Made by a program: the position numbers and the translations under genes
Origin: Octopus sinensis
Lineage: Eukaryota
NCBI RefSeq assembly: GCF_006345805.1
Contig: NC_043017.1
Coordinates: 15,438,001-15,502,000, forward strand
Direction of reading: 5' to 3'
DNA: 64,000 bases
The notes under the pieces: model-generated
Told to the model about the DNA's origin: nothing
The model's database searches: none
What the model saw: only the letters and a program-made list of their open reading frames with translations
In this document: positions 1 through 12,086 of the stretch, in pieces
Layout: every line of letters begins with the position of its first letter
Position numbering within the stretch: position 1 is the stretch's first letter

Positions 1-70
1 GACTAAAGGCGGTGCTCCAGCATGGCCACAGTCAAATGACTGAAACAAGTAAATGAGTAAAGAGTAAAGA
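1..70 (+). mobile_element. 3' tail of tRNA-derived SINE
   Basis: GGCGGTGCTCCAGCATGGCCACAGTCAAATGACTGAAACAAG; the same tail recurs at 24616, 24737, 45553 and on the minus strand at ~32690, ~35290 and ~50660. Confidence 0.75.
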
Positions 71-95
71 GTATATTCAGAGAGAGGGTGGGGAG

Positions 96-96
96 A

Positions 97-189
<93 letters not shown>

Positions 190-190
190 C
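96..190. repeat. (GATA)n microsatellite
   Basis: Direct; similar tracts at 6388-6570, 30015-30103 and 48909-49075. Confidence 0.95.
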
Positions 191-512
191 TATACAATAT
201 ATATATACATATATATTTATATTTATATCCTGTAAATAATAATAATGCTATTTTTTATATAAGCTTAAATCTTATGGTGATCACCGTGCAATGATTAAGG
301 AAAATAGTCTAATAAAGGGGCATAGAAGCCCTCGTTAGAAAAAGGAAGGCTTTCCTATCCGCAGGATTGTAAATCACAACGCCGTAATAAAAAAAACCAT
401 TGGAACCGAAAACACACACACACACATATACGTGAAAATATATACGCGCGTACATGTCGAACGATGAAAATGAGTGCTCAATACCATATTGGTGAATAAT
501 AAGTAATTACTC

Positions 513-679
513 GTGTACTAAGGCTACCATTGGTTTCATGCTAAGAAAATATATTTTATTTGCTTTTTCTCTCGTGTTTTAATTCAAAATGGAGACGAAT
601 ACCAATTTCTCCATGTGTTCGGTTTGAAAAATTGTTAAGATATTTGCTTGACATGAAACCAATGGTAGCCTCAATACAC
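513..679. mobile_element. Small MITE/foldback element with ~40 bp terminal inverted repeats
   Basis: 513-552 GTGTACTAAGGCTACCATTGGTTTCATGCTAAGAAAATAT is the reverse complement of 640-679 with ~5 mismatches. Confidence 0.7.
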
Positions 680-1151
680 AAATAAAAGTGTGTGTTTGTG
701 TGTATGTGTGTGTGCGTGCGTATGTGTGTGTATGTGTGTATATATATGTGTGCGTGCGTTTATTTATTCTGTTGCATCCTTAAATCGTGGCCAGATGTTT
801 CAACTTGCCTCTCCACACAGAAATTCTTCATAACTATAATTATTTATTTCAAGCACAGGGTATACATTATTTGTAAGAGACACATTTATTGTATACTTCT
901 TTAAGTACTATTCAGGTTTCAATAAAAAAAAATGTAAAACTTAATTAATACCATTCCAACTACGTTAGTCCAGTTAGTATACAATACAGTGGAGTATATA
1001 TAAGTCATCGCATTACTACGGTGTATATCTGTTTATATACTGTATTATGTATATATGATTTATATAAAGTATGCTATGTATAGAATTTATATGCTATCAT
1101 AGATCTCTGTTAATATAGACTGCTTGATGAATACGAGGTGGGAATGAAATA

Positions 1152-1346
1152 CGAGGTGGGAATGGAAAGTTCCTGGCTTTGGATAAAAGAAAATACAGGA
1201 GAAGGACCAGTATATTGTGATTTTATTCCCTTCTCAGATTCACATACTTATTGCAGTTAATCGGTTTTTCTAAGCCTGTAAAAGAACTGAGGAGGTTGGG
1301 TCTTTCTCAACACCCTTAAAGCCAGGAATTTTTCAGCACCCTCTCC
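1152..1346. mobile_element. Mariner-type MITE
   Basis: TA|CGAGGTGGGAATGGAAAGTTCCTGGCTTT ... AAAGCCAGGAATTTTTCAGCACCCTCTCC|TA; imperfect TIRs flanked by TA. Confidence 0.7.
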
Positions 1347-1587
1347 TATATATGATTTATATGAAAAATGATGTATATATATTTAACATGATTTATGATA
1401 TATGCATAATTTATATAAAATACGTTGTATATATAACAGTATTATACATACATCGTCAAATTTAGGGAAAGAAATGTTTCCGCTGAATAAACAAGCATTT
1501 CTGAAGCACGTTTACAACCTGAATCCGGAAATGCCGTTCGTTTTTACCAACCACGTCAGGACCTTAGTGTGCACACGTTCTTGAATT

Positions 1588-1623
<36 letters not shown>

Positions 1624-1638
1624 TCACACAAATGTTGT

Positions 1639-1973
1639 TTTCCTTTGATTTTACATCCTGGTCTGACTTTGGAGCTGTGGTCCAAAGTGTGAAACATGCT
1701 TCATTATCTCCCTTTACATAAACTATAATAAGATTATGAATATAAATGATTCTGTGCAAAGGTAGTTCGATTAATTACAGAAAGGTTTCGGCAGAAATAG
1801 TGGGCGGGGGCGTCGGCGGGGGCGGGGGCGGGGGCGGGGGCGGGGGCGGGGGCGGGGGCGGGGGCGGGGGCGGGGGCGGGGGCGGCTCTGTCAACGATAG
1901 AGAAATCCAAAAGGAGGCCTAAAAACGGTTTAACACTGCTCCAAGGTCAGACCAGGACATAGACTCAAGGAAA
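1639..1973. mobile_element. MITE-like element with ~40 bp imperfect TIRs enclosing a (GGGGGC)n array
   Basis: 1656-1679 and 1934-1957 are inverted repeats (22/24 match), extending imperfectly to 1639 and 1973. Confidence 0.6.
1803..1885 (+). repeat. (GGGGGC)n hexamer array, G-quadruplex prone
   Basis: About 11 consecutive perfect GGGGGC units. Confidence 0.95.
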
Positions 1974-3062
1974 TCTAGATTTTTGTGAATAATCATGGTT
2001 GTGTGTATGCAGAGATTGGTGAAAGTAAACGGCATGTCTGAACTCAGCTGGAAAAAGTGCTTCGGAAACAGAAACGGTCCCAGCCCCAAATTCTGTAGAC
2101 TTATGATAATAAAATAAGATATATAATATGAAACAGGATGTGTATATACTTATATAATCCATTTGTAAAATGTTGTGTGTACATAATTTATATGAAACAG
2201 GTTGTATATTTATAATTTATATGAAATATTGTTTATTTCATTTGTATCGTTTAATATAAGCTTAGATGTAGTTGCGTGATTAACAACCTCACTCCATAAT
2301 CACGTGGTTTCTGTTTGACTCCACTGTACGCCATCTTTAGAAACATTAGTTGAAAAGAAACCATTCTGGTGCATCTTCGTTTTTAGGACGCCATTAAGGT
2401 GAAAGTATTTATTTTATCAGAAGTATGTGGCTTCCAATAAACGTATTTTCCTACAAAATGAACCTATAAAGAAACGGAAGTAAACTATAGAAGCGGTAGA
2501 GTTCCGGTTGGGCAAATGTATCATCCAGTGCGGTTCTGTCCTTCTTGGAGTTGGATCCCTCGAATGTTTGAATCAAATTGCAAATTAACGTGAACAAACC
2601 ACGACTATCGATTGTCAGGAGTAACGAATATCAAAAGAATTATATCGATAAACAGGAAATATCCAAGATATATTTTGGGGACATGATGGCCTTCTGCACT
2701 GTATTTCCTGATTGTGTTGAGGCTATCAAACTTGGTGAAGAACTACATTTTGTAAGTGGATGTCCATAGAGATGTATCAAGGGAATTTGTCACAAGAAAT
2801 TGTTATTGCAAGCACATTGTCCAAAAGAAAAGTATTTCTTGCGAAAGTGACTGAGCTCAGGGATTACAGGGTGTCACGTGGTGAGTATTAAGATAATATC
2901 CAATAAAAAGACTTTCACTTTTTCGGCTGACAAAACAGATGCTGTCATATCTCTGGAGCCAAGTCAAAGAAGAATCGTCAACATTTCTCATGAAGAGAAA
3001 ATAAGTGCGTGTGAAGATTTTTAAAAATACGGTTATTTCAAAGATTTTCGAAGAGAATAAAG

Positions 3063-3121
<59 letters not shown>

Positions 3122-3557
3122 GCGACTAAGAAGCTCGCTTTGCAACCACGATGTTTTGAGTTCAGCCTTATTGCGCAGTCCCTCTTTTAGAAGTCTATGA
3201 TGGAAGAAATTGGTGTGTATGTGTGTCCAGAGTCACCACTTATCAACCGGCGCTAGTTGTTTTGTTCCTGTAACATGCCCTTTACGCGAAAATAAAAGAT
3301 AAAGTGCCAAACTTTCAAAAATAGTAATTGAGGTCGATTTGAGCAATTAACCCCTTCAAGGCGGACCCAAACCCCCTTGAAAGGTTTAATTCGTCAGATC
3401 GACCCCAGTACTTCTAAGTGTTTTTATTGGATATTATCTCTTATTAACCAAATACACAACGAACACTGTGCTTTACCAGTAACCTACTAGATATACACCA
3501 TACGTTTTATTATCTAACACACACATATATATATATATGCATACATACTTATATGGA

Positions 3558-3605
<48 letters not shown>

Positions 3606-3646
3606 AATGTGTATAGATATATAGATATTTATTTAGATTCACATAT

Positions 3647-3766
3647 CACCGTGATCACTGTGACCGACCAGGCTATCAGATGTTGCTACACATCGCTGGT
3701 CACAATGCGCTTCGCATTGTTTTACCCTTCAAATGACGCCACCCCGCTGGCTAAGCGAGCAGGCCA
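3647..3766 (-). mobile_element. 5'-truncated retroposon 3' end with 12 bp target-site duplication
   Basis: Flanked by AGATTCACATAT at 3635-3646 and 3767-3778; homologous to the 3' part of the SINE at 44050-44165. Confidence 0.75.
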
Positions 3767-3786
3767 AGATTCACATATATATGTGG

Positions 3787-3841
<55 letters not shown>

Positions 3842-4062
3842 TATATGTATGTGTATCGATGTTTATATATATTTAGATTCACACACACACACACATATGT
3901 ATATGCATATATCTATGTACATATGTATATATATATATGTGTGTGTGTGTGTATATATATATAAATATGCATATATGGGTACAGGACGCCACATATGAAA
4001 ACAACATGAAATACGAAGACAAACTTTGGTATGCGAAAACAAGATAAATAACATAAAGAATG

Positions 4063-4125
4063 ACCCTTCATCAGTTGTCGGCTGTCCATCTACTCCTCAT
4101 TTCAAGCAATTAACGACAATATGGG
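4063..4125 (-). ncRNA. Non-circularly permuted hammerhead ribozyme candidate (mirror copy)
   Basis: Minus strand: CCCA-UA-UUGUCG...GCUU-GAAA-UGAG...CGACAA-CUGAUGA-A-GGGU. Confidence 0.55.
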
Positions 4126-4331
4126 TCTTCGAAAAGGCAGTTGCTCCCGCGAACCAAACTAAAATTTGGGATTTGCGGAGGGTCAAAGTTGTTAACAAAA
4201 ACAGGACAGCGGAGACATACAACAAACTAAATAGAAACAAACATGGAGGGCCCTGTTTTTTTACCAACATTTGACCCTCCGCAAATCCCAACTTTTATTT
4301 TGGTTCGCGGGAGCAACTGCCTTTTCGAAGA

Positions 4332-4394
4332 CCCATATTGTCGTTCAATGCTCGAAATGAGGAGTAGATGGACAGCCGACAACTGATGAAGGGT
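4332..4394 (+). ncRNA. Non-circularly permuted hammerhead ribozyme candidate
   Basis: Stem I 4338-4343/4377-4382; CUGAUGA 4383-4389; stem II 4350-4353/4391-4394; GAAA 4354-4357; stem III 4357-4359/4334-4336; predicted AUA cleavage after 4337. Confidence 0.6.
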
Positions 4395-4528
4395 CGTTCT
4401 TTATGTTACTTGTCCTGTTTTCCATTTGTTTCCTTCGTTGTTCGCATATCCAAGTTTGACTTCACATTTTATGTTGTTTTCGTATTTCATGCTGTTTACG
4501 TTTTGTGACGTCTTGTACCCATATATGA

Positions 4529-4570
<42 letters not shown>

Positions 4571-4800
4571 ATGTATATATGTATGTATGTACATTTGTAT
4601 GTATATATGCATATATATTTTTTCTTCATATATTATATGATCGAATACCACACATCCATTTCCAAGTTTATATATGTATATATATATAATATAATATAAT
4701 ATATATAATATATATATATACACATACATGCATACTTATAGATAGATAGATATAAATATATATACACATACACACACACACACACACACCACACACCACA

Positions 4801-5375
4801 CATCAGGCCATTAAGGATGAAATGTCTGGATTTTCTTCTGCACCAAGTTTGTCAGTCGTCAACTCTAATGTTTTATTCTGACAATTCTTTGTTTTACAAC
4901 ATTGAAGACATGACATCCTCACTTTTCGAAATGCAGTTCAATGGTGTCTGATTATATTGAGAGTTTTCTCTTGTAAATCAACTTTTGTGAACCCATGGAG
5001 AGATCAAAAATTCTTGTTGTTTATGAATGCGGATTCCGTCGTGGAACCAATGCATCGCAGACAGCTCGAAACATAAACGACGTGTTTAGTGAAGATGTGG
5101 CACATAAGCACACTGTACGTCGATGGTTTGAGGAGTTCCGGTCTGGTGACTTTACTCCTGAAAATCAACCCCATGGTAGACCTGAGACCAAAGTGGATAA
5201 TGATGAGGTGGAAACTGTAGTGGATGCAGAGACATCTCGAACTACGTTAGCAACAAGGTTTGATGTTTTGATTCCAACTGTACTGGACCAACTGAAACAA
5301 ATTGTCAAGGTAAAGAAGCTGGACAAGTGGGTACCACACAAACTGAACGAGCATCAAATGGATTCTCGGAACTTT
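4801..5375 (+). mobile_element. Mariner transposon 5' fragment (transposase N-terminal HTH to WVPH linker)
   Basis: ORF from 4995: TARNINDVF..TVRRWFEEFRSGDF..GRP..KKLDKWVPHKL; catalytic domain missing, cut off by a LINE fragment. Confidence 0.9.
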
Positions 5376-5379
5376 TCAG

Positions 5380-6015
5380 TCGAGAGATAGCCACACCATT
5401 ATCCTTCTCCTCTCCACTTTTGCCCGACCCCACCTTGAATACTGTTGTCCACTGTGGTTTCCGCACACGAAACAAAGTATCATGAAAGTTGAAGCACTTC
5501 AAAGGTCAATTACAAAAAACATGGATGGCATGACAGGCCTTGGCTATTGGGGTCGACTAGAAAAGTTCAAGCTTTATTCTCTCCGAGGTCGTTGTGAGCC
5601 CTGCATCATCTGCATGATGTGGAAAATATTCCATCTGCATTGCTCAAATGATGTTAGCATCACCTTTAAGACACACCCAAGACTTGGACCCCGTACCATC
5701 CGTCCACAACATAAATAATACTCGCATCACATAACAACAATACGGCACAACTATTTCACCTCAATTGTCCCTTGTTCTCTTTGACATTACACCAAAACAC
5801 GTTAAAGCAGAAAGAGACTCCTTAAAGTTCAAGAAGTCTTTGGACAAATTCCTTCTAGAAATCCCAGACAAACCACCAACACCCGGATATGTCTCCGTAA
5901 ACAATAACTCTCTCCTCGAGATTCCTGATTTAAATGACTTTGCCAGGTGGTGCTATTAAGTTAGATATGGCCTGGGTCAATACTGGCCAAAACCTACCAA
6001 AGTATCGAAGTATAG
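5380..6015 (+). mobile_element. CR1/L2-group LINE 3' fragment (RT C-terminus), degenerate
   Basis: VEALQRSITK..YWGRLEKFKLYSL..ICMMWKI..HPRLG..FKKSLDKFL.EIPDKP..PGY..NNNSLL, with frameshifts. Confidence 0.8.
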
Positions 6016-6387
6016 AATCAGTGTTTTGTTGGATGCAATCATCCCTTTCAGAAGTTAATATATCATCTGCAACCCATCGTTCTGAAGATGTGGCTGCTGT
6101 CGTCCTGATTTGTCATGTTATCTTCTATCTTTTACTTGTTTCAGCCATTAGACTTCGGCCATGCTGGAGCACCACCTTGAAGAGTTTTTTTTGGCGAGAA
6201 TATTTCCTGGAAATTATTTTTCTACGTCGTAAAATAATGGAAAAACAGAAACATAACTTAGGGGGGGGATGGATTAAGGTCGAAAAGGTCATCAGTCTTA
6301 ATAGGGTACTGCGACGAAGAATTGCTTCCGTAAAAATTCCTGAACACAAAAACAGATGTTGGAATTTAGAATCAGAAAGATATATGC

Positions 6388-6469
<82 letters not shown>

Positions 6470-6474
6470 GTAGG

Positions 6475-6523
<49 letters not shown>

Positions 6524-7258
6524 GATAGATAGATAGATAGATAGATAGAAGGTAGATAGATAGAAAGATAGATGATATATATATATATATATTATATATA
6601 TATACTATATATATATATAATATATATATATCTTGGAATATATATATACACACATATATATTAGAGAGAGAAAGAAAGAGACTCATGCAGACATAAGACA
6701 GATACCGTATATGGTATATATTGTTATGCAAGCAAAATGGTACTCAGAAGAGTAACTTCAAAAATAGTAATCGTAAAAAGAAATATGTTGTGTGTGTGTA
6801 TACATAAATATATATGTATTATATATGTATATGTAGATAGATACACATAAATATACATACATACACGCACACACACACACACACATATAATACATATATA
6901 TATACATATATATATATATATACATACATAATATATATATATATATATATAATATATATATATATTATATATTACAATATATATATATATATATATATAA
7001 TATATCTATATATATATATAGATATATATATATATATATGCACACTACTTAAATACAATTCTTTTTTTATTTTGTAACGATGTTGAAATATTTTATATTT
7101 TTTAATTAAAAATATGTGTGTGTGTGTGTGTATACATGTTTATATATATATAATATATATATAATATAATATATATATATACTATATACATATATATATT
7201 TATATGCATGTTATATATAATTATGTATAGTGTGTATATATGTATGTACCTATCCCTG

Positions 7259-7315
<57 letters not shown>

Positions 7316-7817
7316 CACACACACACTCAGACACGTATATGTACATACATACATGTTGAGTAGGTTAACATTTTTATAGACATTTTCTTATATATACCTC
7401 GGCAAGAAATTAACTGGTATTTATATGTCTCGGTATGTGCAAGCGAGCATATCCACCATATGCGTCCTTTGTGTGCGCATGCGCTTGCCTGTCTGCAATC
7501 ATTATGATCGACTACGTGGGGGGGGGGGGGGCTGGTTTGTGTTCAATTAGAAGTGTTCGGTTAAGAATGTAGTTATACAGATACAGAATATACATACATA
7601 TATATATGTCTATATGTGCCTTTATATGTGTGTATATATGCACATATATATATTTCCCACACATACACTCACACACATGCATTGTGTGTATGTGTGTATA
7701 CATATATATATATATATATATTATATATATACACACATTTATATACATGCATATATACATACATACATACATACATACATATCACGAGGAGTGCCGGTAC
7801 TACTTAAAAACAGAATG

Positions 7818-7856
<39 letters not shown>

Positions 7857-8148
7857 ATATATAATAAAAAGCGACGTAAGAAATTAAATTCAAGAAAATG
7901 AAGAAAACCAAGAAAGAAATTGTGGACTGAAGAAAGCAAAGATGGGAGAGAAGAAGAAGAAGCAAATCGTGGGATAACCTGAAGAGCGCAGTTGGTTAAT
8001 GTTTATTTATTTTGAATGGGAGGAGGCAGAACACTGATGATTTATTTTTTATATCGATCTTGGATATTCTAAAACTGAAGAAACATAACTGTGGTTATAT
8101 AATTGCTCTTTCCTCTCTCAATGTACATTCTGGGGTTTGGAATTTTCG

Positions 8149-8196
<48 letters not shown>

Positions 8197-8679
8197 ATTT
8201 CAAGTCTTTTGGAAACCTCTTGAAAACATTTAGTAAAGTTTCGTTCTTCGACTGATTAATCATTTATGGTTAGAATGGAGATGGCAAGATTTGGTGGGGA
8301 TGTGTTCGATGCAGGGGGAGAAATATATCGATTTTATTTGAGTCTTATGTGACAGTCATCTTATTCCCTGCTTCCACTATCGATATCTGTGTTTATGTGT
8401 GTGCCATTGCACTTTTATTGCCTGGAGGGCATGCGTGGGTCGTGAGGCATTTAAGTGTCGCCTTCTCGAAGAAGTCTTTATTTTGCATAAGAAGTAGGTT
8501 TTGGTTAATCCCATAGTGAGGGAATCTCCTGCCATAAAAGACAGGTTTCTGCAATTCCTGGTTGAACGGTCTCCAACGATTTCCTTTATAGAGATCAAAT
8601 GTTTGCGCTATACATAAGCTCGTTCCCTGCAAAAAATCAGCTTTACCTGTACAGGGGCACAGGTGTGCGCATGTCAGGT

Positions 8680-8815
8680 GTCCAAGTAATCGCAGAGCAA
8701 CGTAAGATGAAATGTTTTGCTCAAGAACACAACGCACCGCCCGCCCCGAGAATCGAATCTACGACCCATCGATCATGAGTACAACACCCTTACCATTAAG
8801 CCATGCGACTTCACA
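8680..8815 (-). mobile_element. tRNA-derived SINE 5' part
   Basis: Minus strand has A/B-box-like head then TGTGTTCTTGAGCAAAACATTTCAT; relatives at 13990, 39140-39440 and 43893. Confidence 0.7.
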
Positions 8816-8929
8816 TTACATAATAACCTTTCGGGTCGATAAATTAAGAACCAGTTGCGTAGTGCGGTCAATCTAATTGACTGGCTCCCCTCCCCCAAAA
8901 TTTCAGGCCTTGTGCCTAAGGTAGAAAGG

Positions 8930-8998
<69 letters not shown>

Positions 8999-9099
8999 GT
9001 TATTATTATTATTATTATTGTTGTTGTTGTTGTTATTATATGGTAGAAAGGATTATTATTATTATTATTATGTTATAATTATTATTGTTATTATTATTA

Positions 9100-9162
<63 letters not shown>

Positions 9163-9171
9163 GTTATTATT
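8930..9171. repeat. (ATT)n microsatellite
   Basis: Direct; continues at 9719-9818. Confidence 0.95.
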
Positions 9172-9716
9172 GAGTGAGAGAGCAGTTCATGCCATCAAAG
9201 TGACACTGGGGTAAAATATACGAAGCCCATATACCCATCATGACTACCCGTCTGATAAGGGCACACCAGGCACATGCATCACAACCATATGTGCGCGACA
9301 TGGTGATCTCATATCAGATAAACAGCACATGACCTTGCAGTGTGGGGCCCAGTTAGAATTTTCTTCAGGTTGAGTAGCCATCCCGCTCAAACGGTCCCTG
9401 AATAAGGGTTGTTTAAGGATGTTGAAGAACCACCCATGTTTCCAGACGTGAATTATTCACCCCAAAGAATCCCTCTCAACACATGGCTTGATACTCCCCC
9501 ACTACTTCTGCTCGTGATCAGAGATGCACATATCGTCAGCCACTAAGGGACATGCTCAACTGGTTAAGGTCAACAACTGACAAGCAAATCTATGGTATTG
9601 AGCAATATTTGTTGTAGCCCATCTTTTATACCAAGACAAAACAATGTACATGATAACACTTCCAATCAGTTAAGATCAGAAGCCATGAGAGCCATTGCCT
9701 GGTACTGCATCAGGGC

Positions 9717-9718
<2 letters not shown>
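9172..9718 (-). mobile_element. Non-coding interspersed element embedded in an (ATT)n tract
   Basis: Sharp-edged ~550 bp complex block with (ATT)n on both sides; strand and class are inferred. Confidence 0.5.
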
Positions 9719-9797
<79 letters not shown>

Positions 9798-10179
9798 CAT
9801 CATCATTATTATTATTATCTATTTATTCTGTTCTTAAAATCTGTTTAAAGGCAACATTAAAATGTTTGTTGTATCTCTCGGTAGGGTCATAATGTCAATA
9901 ATAAACACACGCACTGATTCTATTTCACTTTTCCATCGTTCATCAATTTGTTAACTAATTAGCCAGTTAACTAGTCGATTGTTAGATTAATCGTTTCGTT
10001 AATTAATCAATCGATTGCTTGTCATAGTCCTTTCGTTACCATTCGCGACGACCTCTTCAGCTAAAAACTAGTGCGTGTATTTATTATTGATATCAGGACC
10101 TCATTGTGGTACAACAAAATCTGTCTCAGCCCACGAGTCTACATTAAGAATCTTTCAAACCAAATACGGAAACGAAATA

Positions 10180-10402
10180 TTGGCTTCAAATGTGGTCACA
10201 AAGCCAGCAATTTCGGGAAGGGGACTAAGGCGATTACATCGACCCTAGTGTTTCACTGGTACTCATTTTATTGACTCCGAAACAATGAAAAGCAAAGCCG
10301 ACCTCGCTGTGGAATTTGAACTCAGAACGAAAGACGGATGAAGTGCCGCTAAGCATTTTCTTTGACCGATGTGTTTAACCTTTCTGCCATTTCGCCACCT
10401 TA
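10180..10402 (-). mobile_element. SINE
   Basis: GACCTCG..GGAATTTGAACTCAGAACG family, same as 11040-11420. Confidence 0.75.
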
Positions 10403-10676
10403 AAAGGAACGAAATAACAAAATGTATTTTTATGCGTTTATTTTATTCCTTGAATATTTCTCGAGCTGACCTCGCGGATATTCTACAGGAAACATCATTT
10501 TTCACTAATAACTATTTCAAAAGTCCCTGTCTATAGTTCTCAGTCTTGCTGGGTCGCGTGATACTCTGTAGATTAAACATAGAGTTAATGGCACACTTCG
10601 CATTCAAATTTCAAAATTAAAAGCACACTTTACATCGAAAATTCCTGGCGTTTATCGCATGGAAAACCTCTTTTAG

Positions 10677-10896
10677 TCTTTTAGCATCAAGATTACTGTT
10701 AGATGTGATGCTTCTTTATTCACATTAGTTGCAATAAATCATGCGTTATCTTATTGTTTTGAGATTTCAATGATGTGATTGTTAATTTCATAAACGAGAA
10801 TGTAGGATAGGTGTGACAAGCCGGATCTGACTGCTTTGAAAATTAAAAAGTAGACTATTTAGGCCTCATATGACTGTTTTAAATGCTTTGAGTTAA
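10677..10896. mobile_element. Degenerate piggyBac-like MITE
   Basis: TTTTAGCAT ... AAATGCTTTGAG-TTAA ends; left TTAA not clearly retained. Confidence 0.4.
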
Positions 10897-11042
10897 GCTA
10901 AACGTTTAGAAAGACACGTAGGAAACGCTCGTTTATTTTGTTTTATTAATTATGTTAGTAAAGAACAAAATGAATAGCGGCGTTCTCTGTTATCTACAAA
11001 GTTAGCTTCACTGGAGGTTTCCGTTACAAATGGAAGCATTAT

Positions 11043-11422
11043 ACTTTTCTACTCTAGGCACAAGGCCCGAAATTTTGGGGGAGGGAGCCAGTCGATTAGA
11101 TCGACCCCAGTACGCAACTGGTACTTAATTTATCGACCCCGAAAGGATGAAGGGCAAAGTCGACCTCGGCGGAATTTGAACTCAGAACGTAAAGACAGAC
11201 GAAATACCTATTTCTTTACTACCCACAAGGGGCTAAATACAGAAAGGACAAACAAACGGATTAAGTCGATTACATCGACCCCAGTGCGTAACTGGTACTT
11301 AATTTATCGAGCCCGAAAGGATGAAAGACAATGTTGACCTCGGCGGAATTTGAACTCAGAACGTAAAGGCAGACGAAATACGGCTACACATTTCGCCAGG
11401 AGTGCTAACGTTTCTGCCAACT
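11043..11422 (-). mobile_element. Composite (dimeric) SINE
   Basis: Two copies of ATCGACCCCAGT..AACTGGTACTTAATTTATCGA..GGAATTTGAACTCAGAACG separated by TTCTTTACTACCCACAAGGGGCT; same architecture at 44220-44610 and 44945-45320. Confidence 0.85.
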
Positions 11423-11696
11423 CTGGTTGTAGGTCGTTGGTTTGGGGGGGGGTCTTTCGTTTAAACACCGAAAGAAAACCATGATATGGATTTAATCTTC
11501 GCACAATCACACACGCACAAACATACACGTCCCTCTACTCTTCTTCAACACCAATTTCTTTATATACAACACCATATATGCACTCTCTCTATATACATAG
11601 AAAGAGAGACAGAGAGAGATGTATATATGTATATATGTTTGTTATGCATGTATGAATGTATGTACGTATGTACATAATGCATATATTTCTGTATGC

Positions 11697-11745
<49 letters not shown>

Positions 11746-11982
11746 TGTAAGTATGCACTGTATAGTTAGTAAATCAGCTATGTAAGATTAGCGGACTAAG
11801 AAACAAGTATATATTCTATGTGTTTATTTAATGCATGTATATGTATATACACAAATACATATACATATATATATGTAGTTAAGCTACTAGGTGGGTGGAT
11901 GCATATATCTATACATATGAATGTCTGTATTATACATATGAATGTCTGTATTATGATGTGTTACACCCCTATATATATGTAG

Positions 11983-12016
<34 letters not shown>

Positions 12017-12053
12017 TATATATATATATACAATATATAATATATATATATAC

Positions 12054-12086
<33 letters not shown>

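Larger units (their letters stand above)
3970..4527. repeat. Long inverted repeat (arms ~235-275 bp, ~46 bp spacer), probably inverted PLE terminal repeats
   Basis: 3970-4205 is the reverse complement of 4252-4527 with indels; similar ends at 54857-54995 and 49560-49605; flanked by TA-rich microsatellite. Confidence 0.85.

Noticed and set aside
2578-3045. Complex sequence with a GTAAGT donor-like site at 2752, possible exon
   Set aside because: Frames are interrupted by stops and no protein family was recognised; more likely an old TE remnant.
3331-3405. Hairpin resembling a structured RNA
   Set aside because: Explained by two SINE 3' parts lying in inverted orientation.
8290-8650. Possible degenerate coding sequence on the minus strand
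   Set aside because: No motif could be assigned with confidence.
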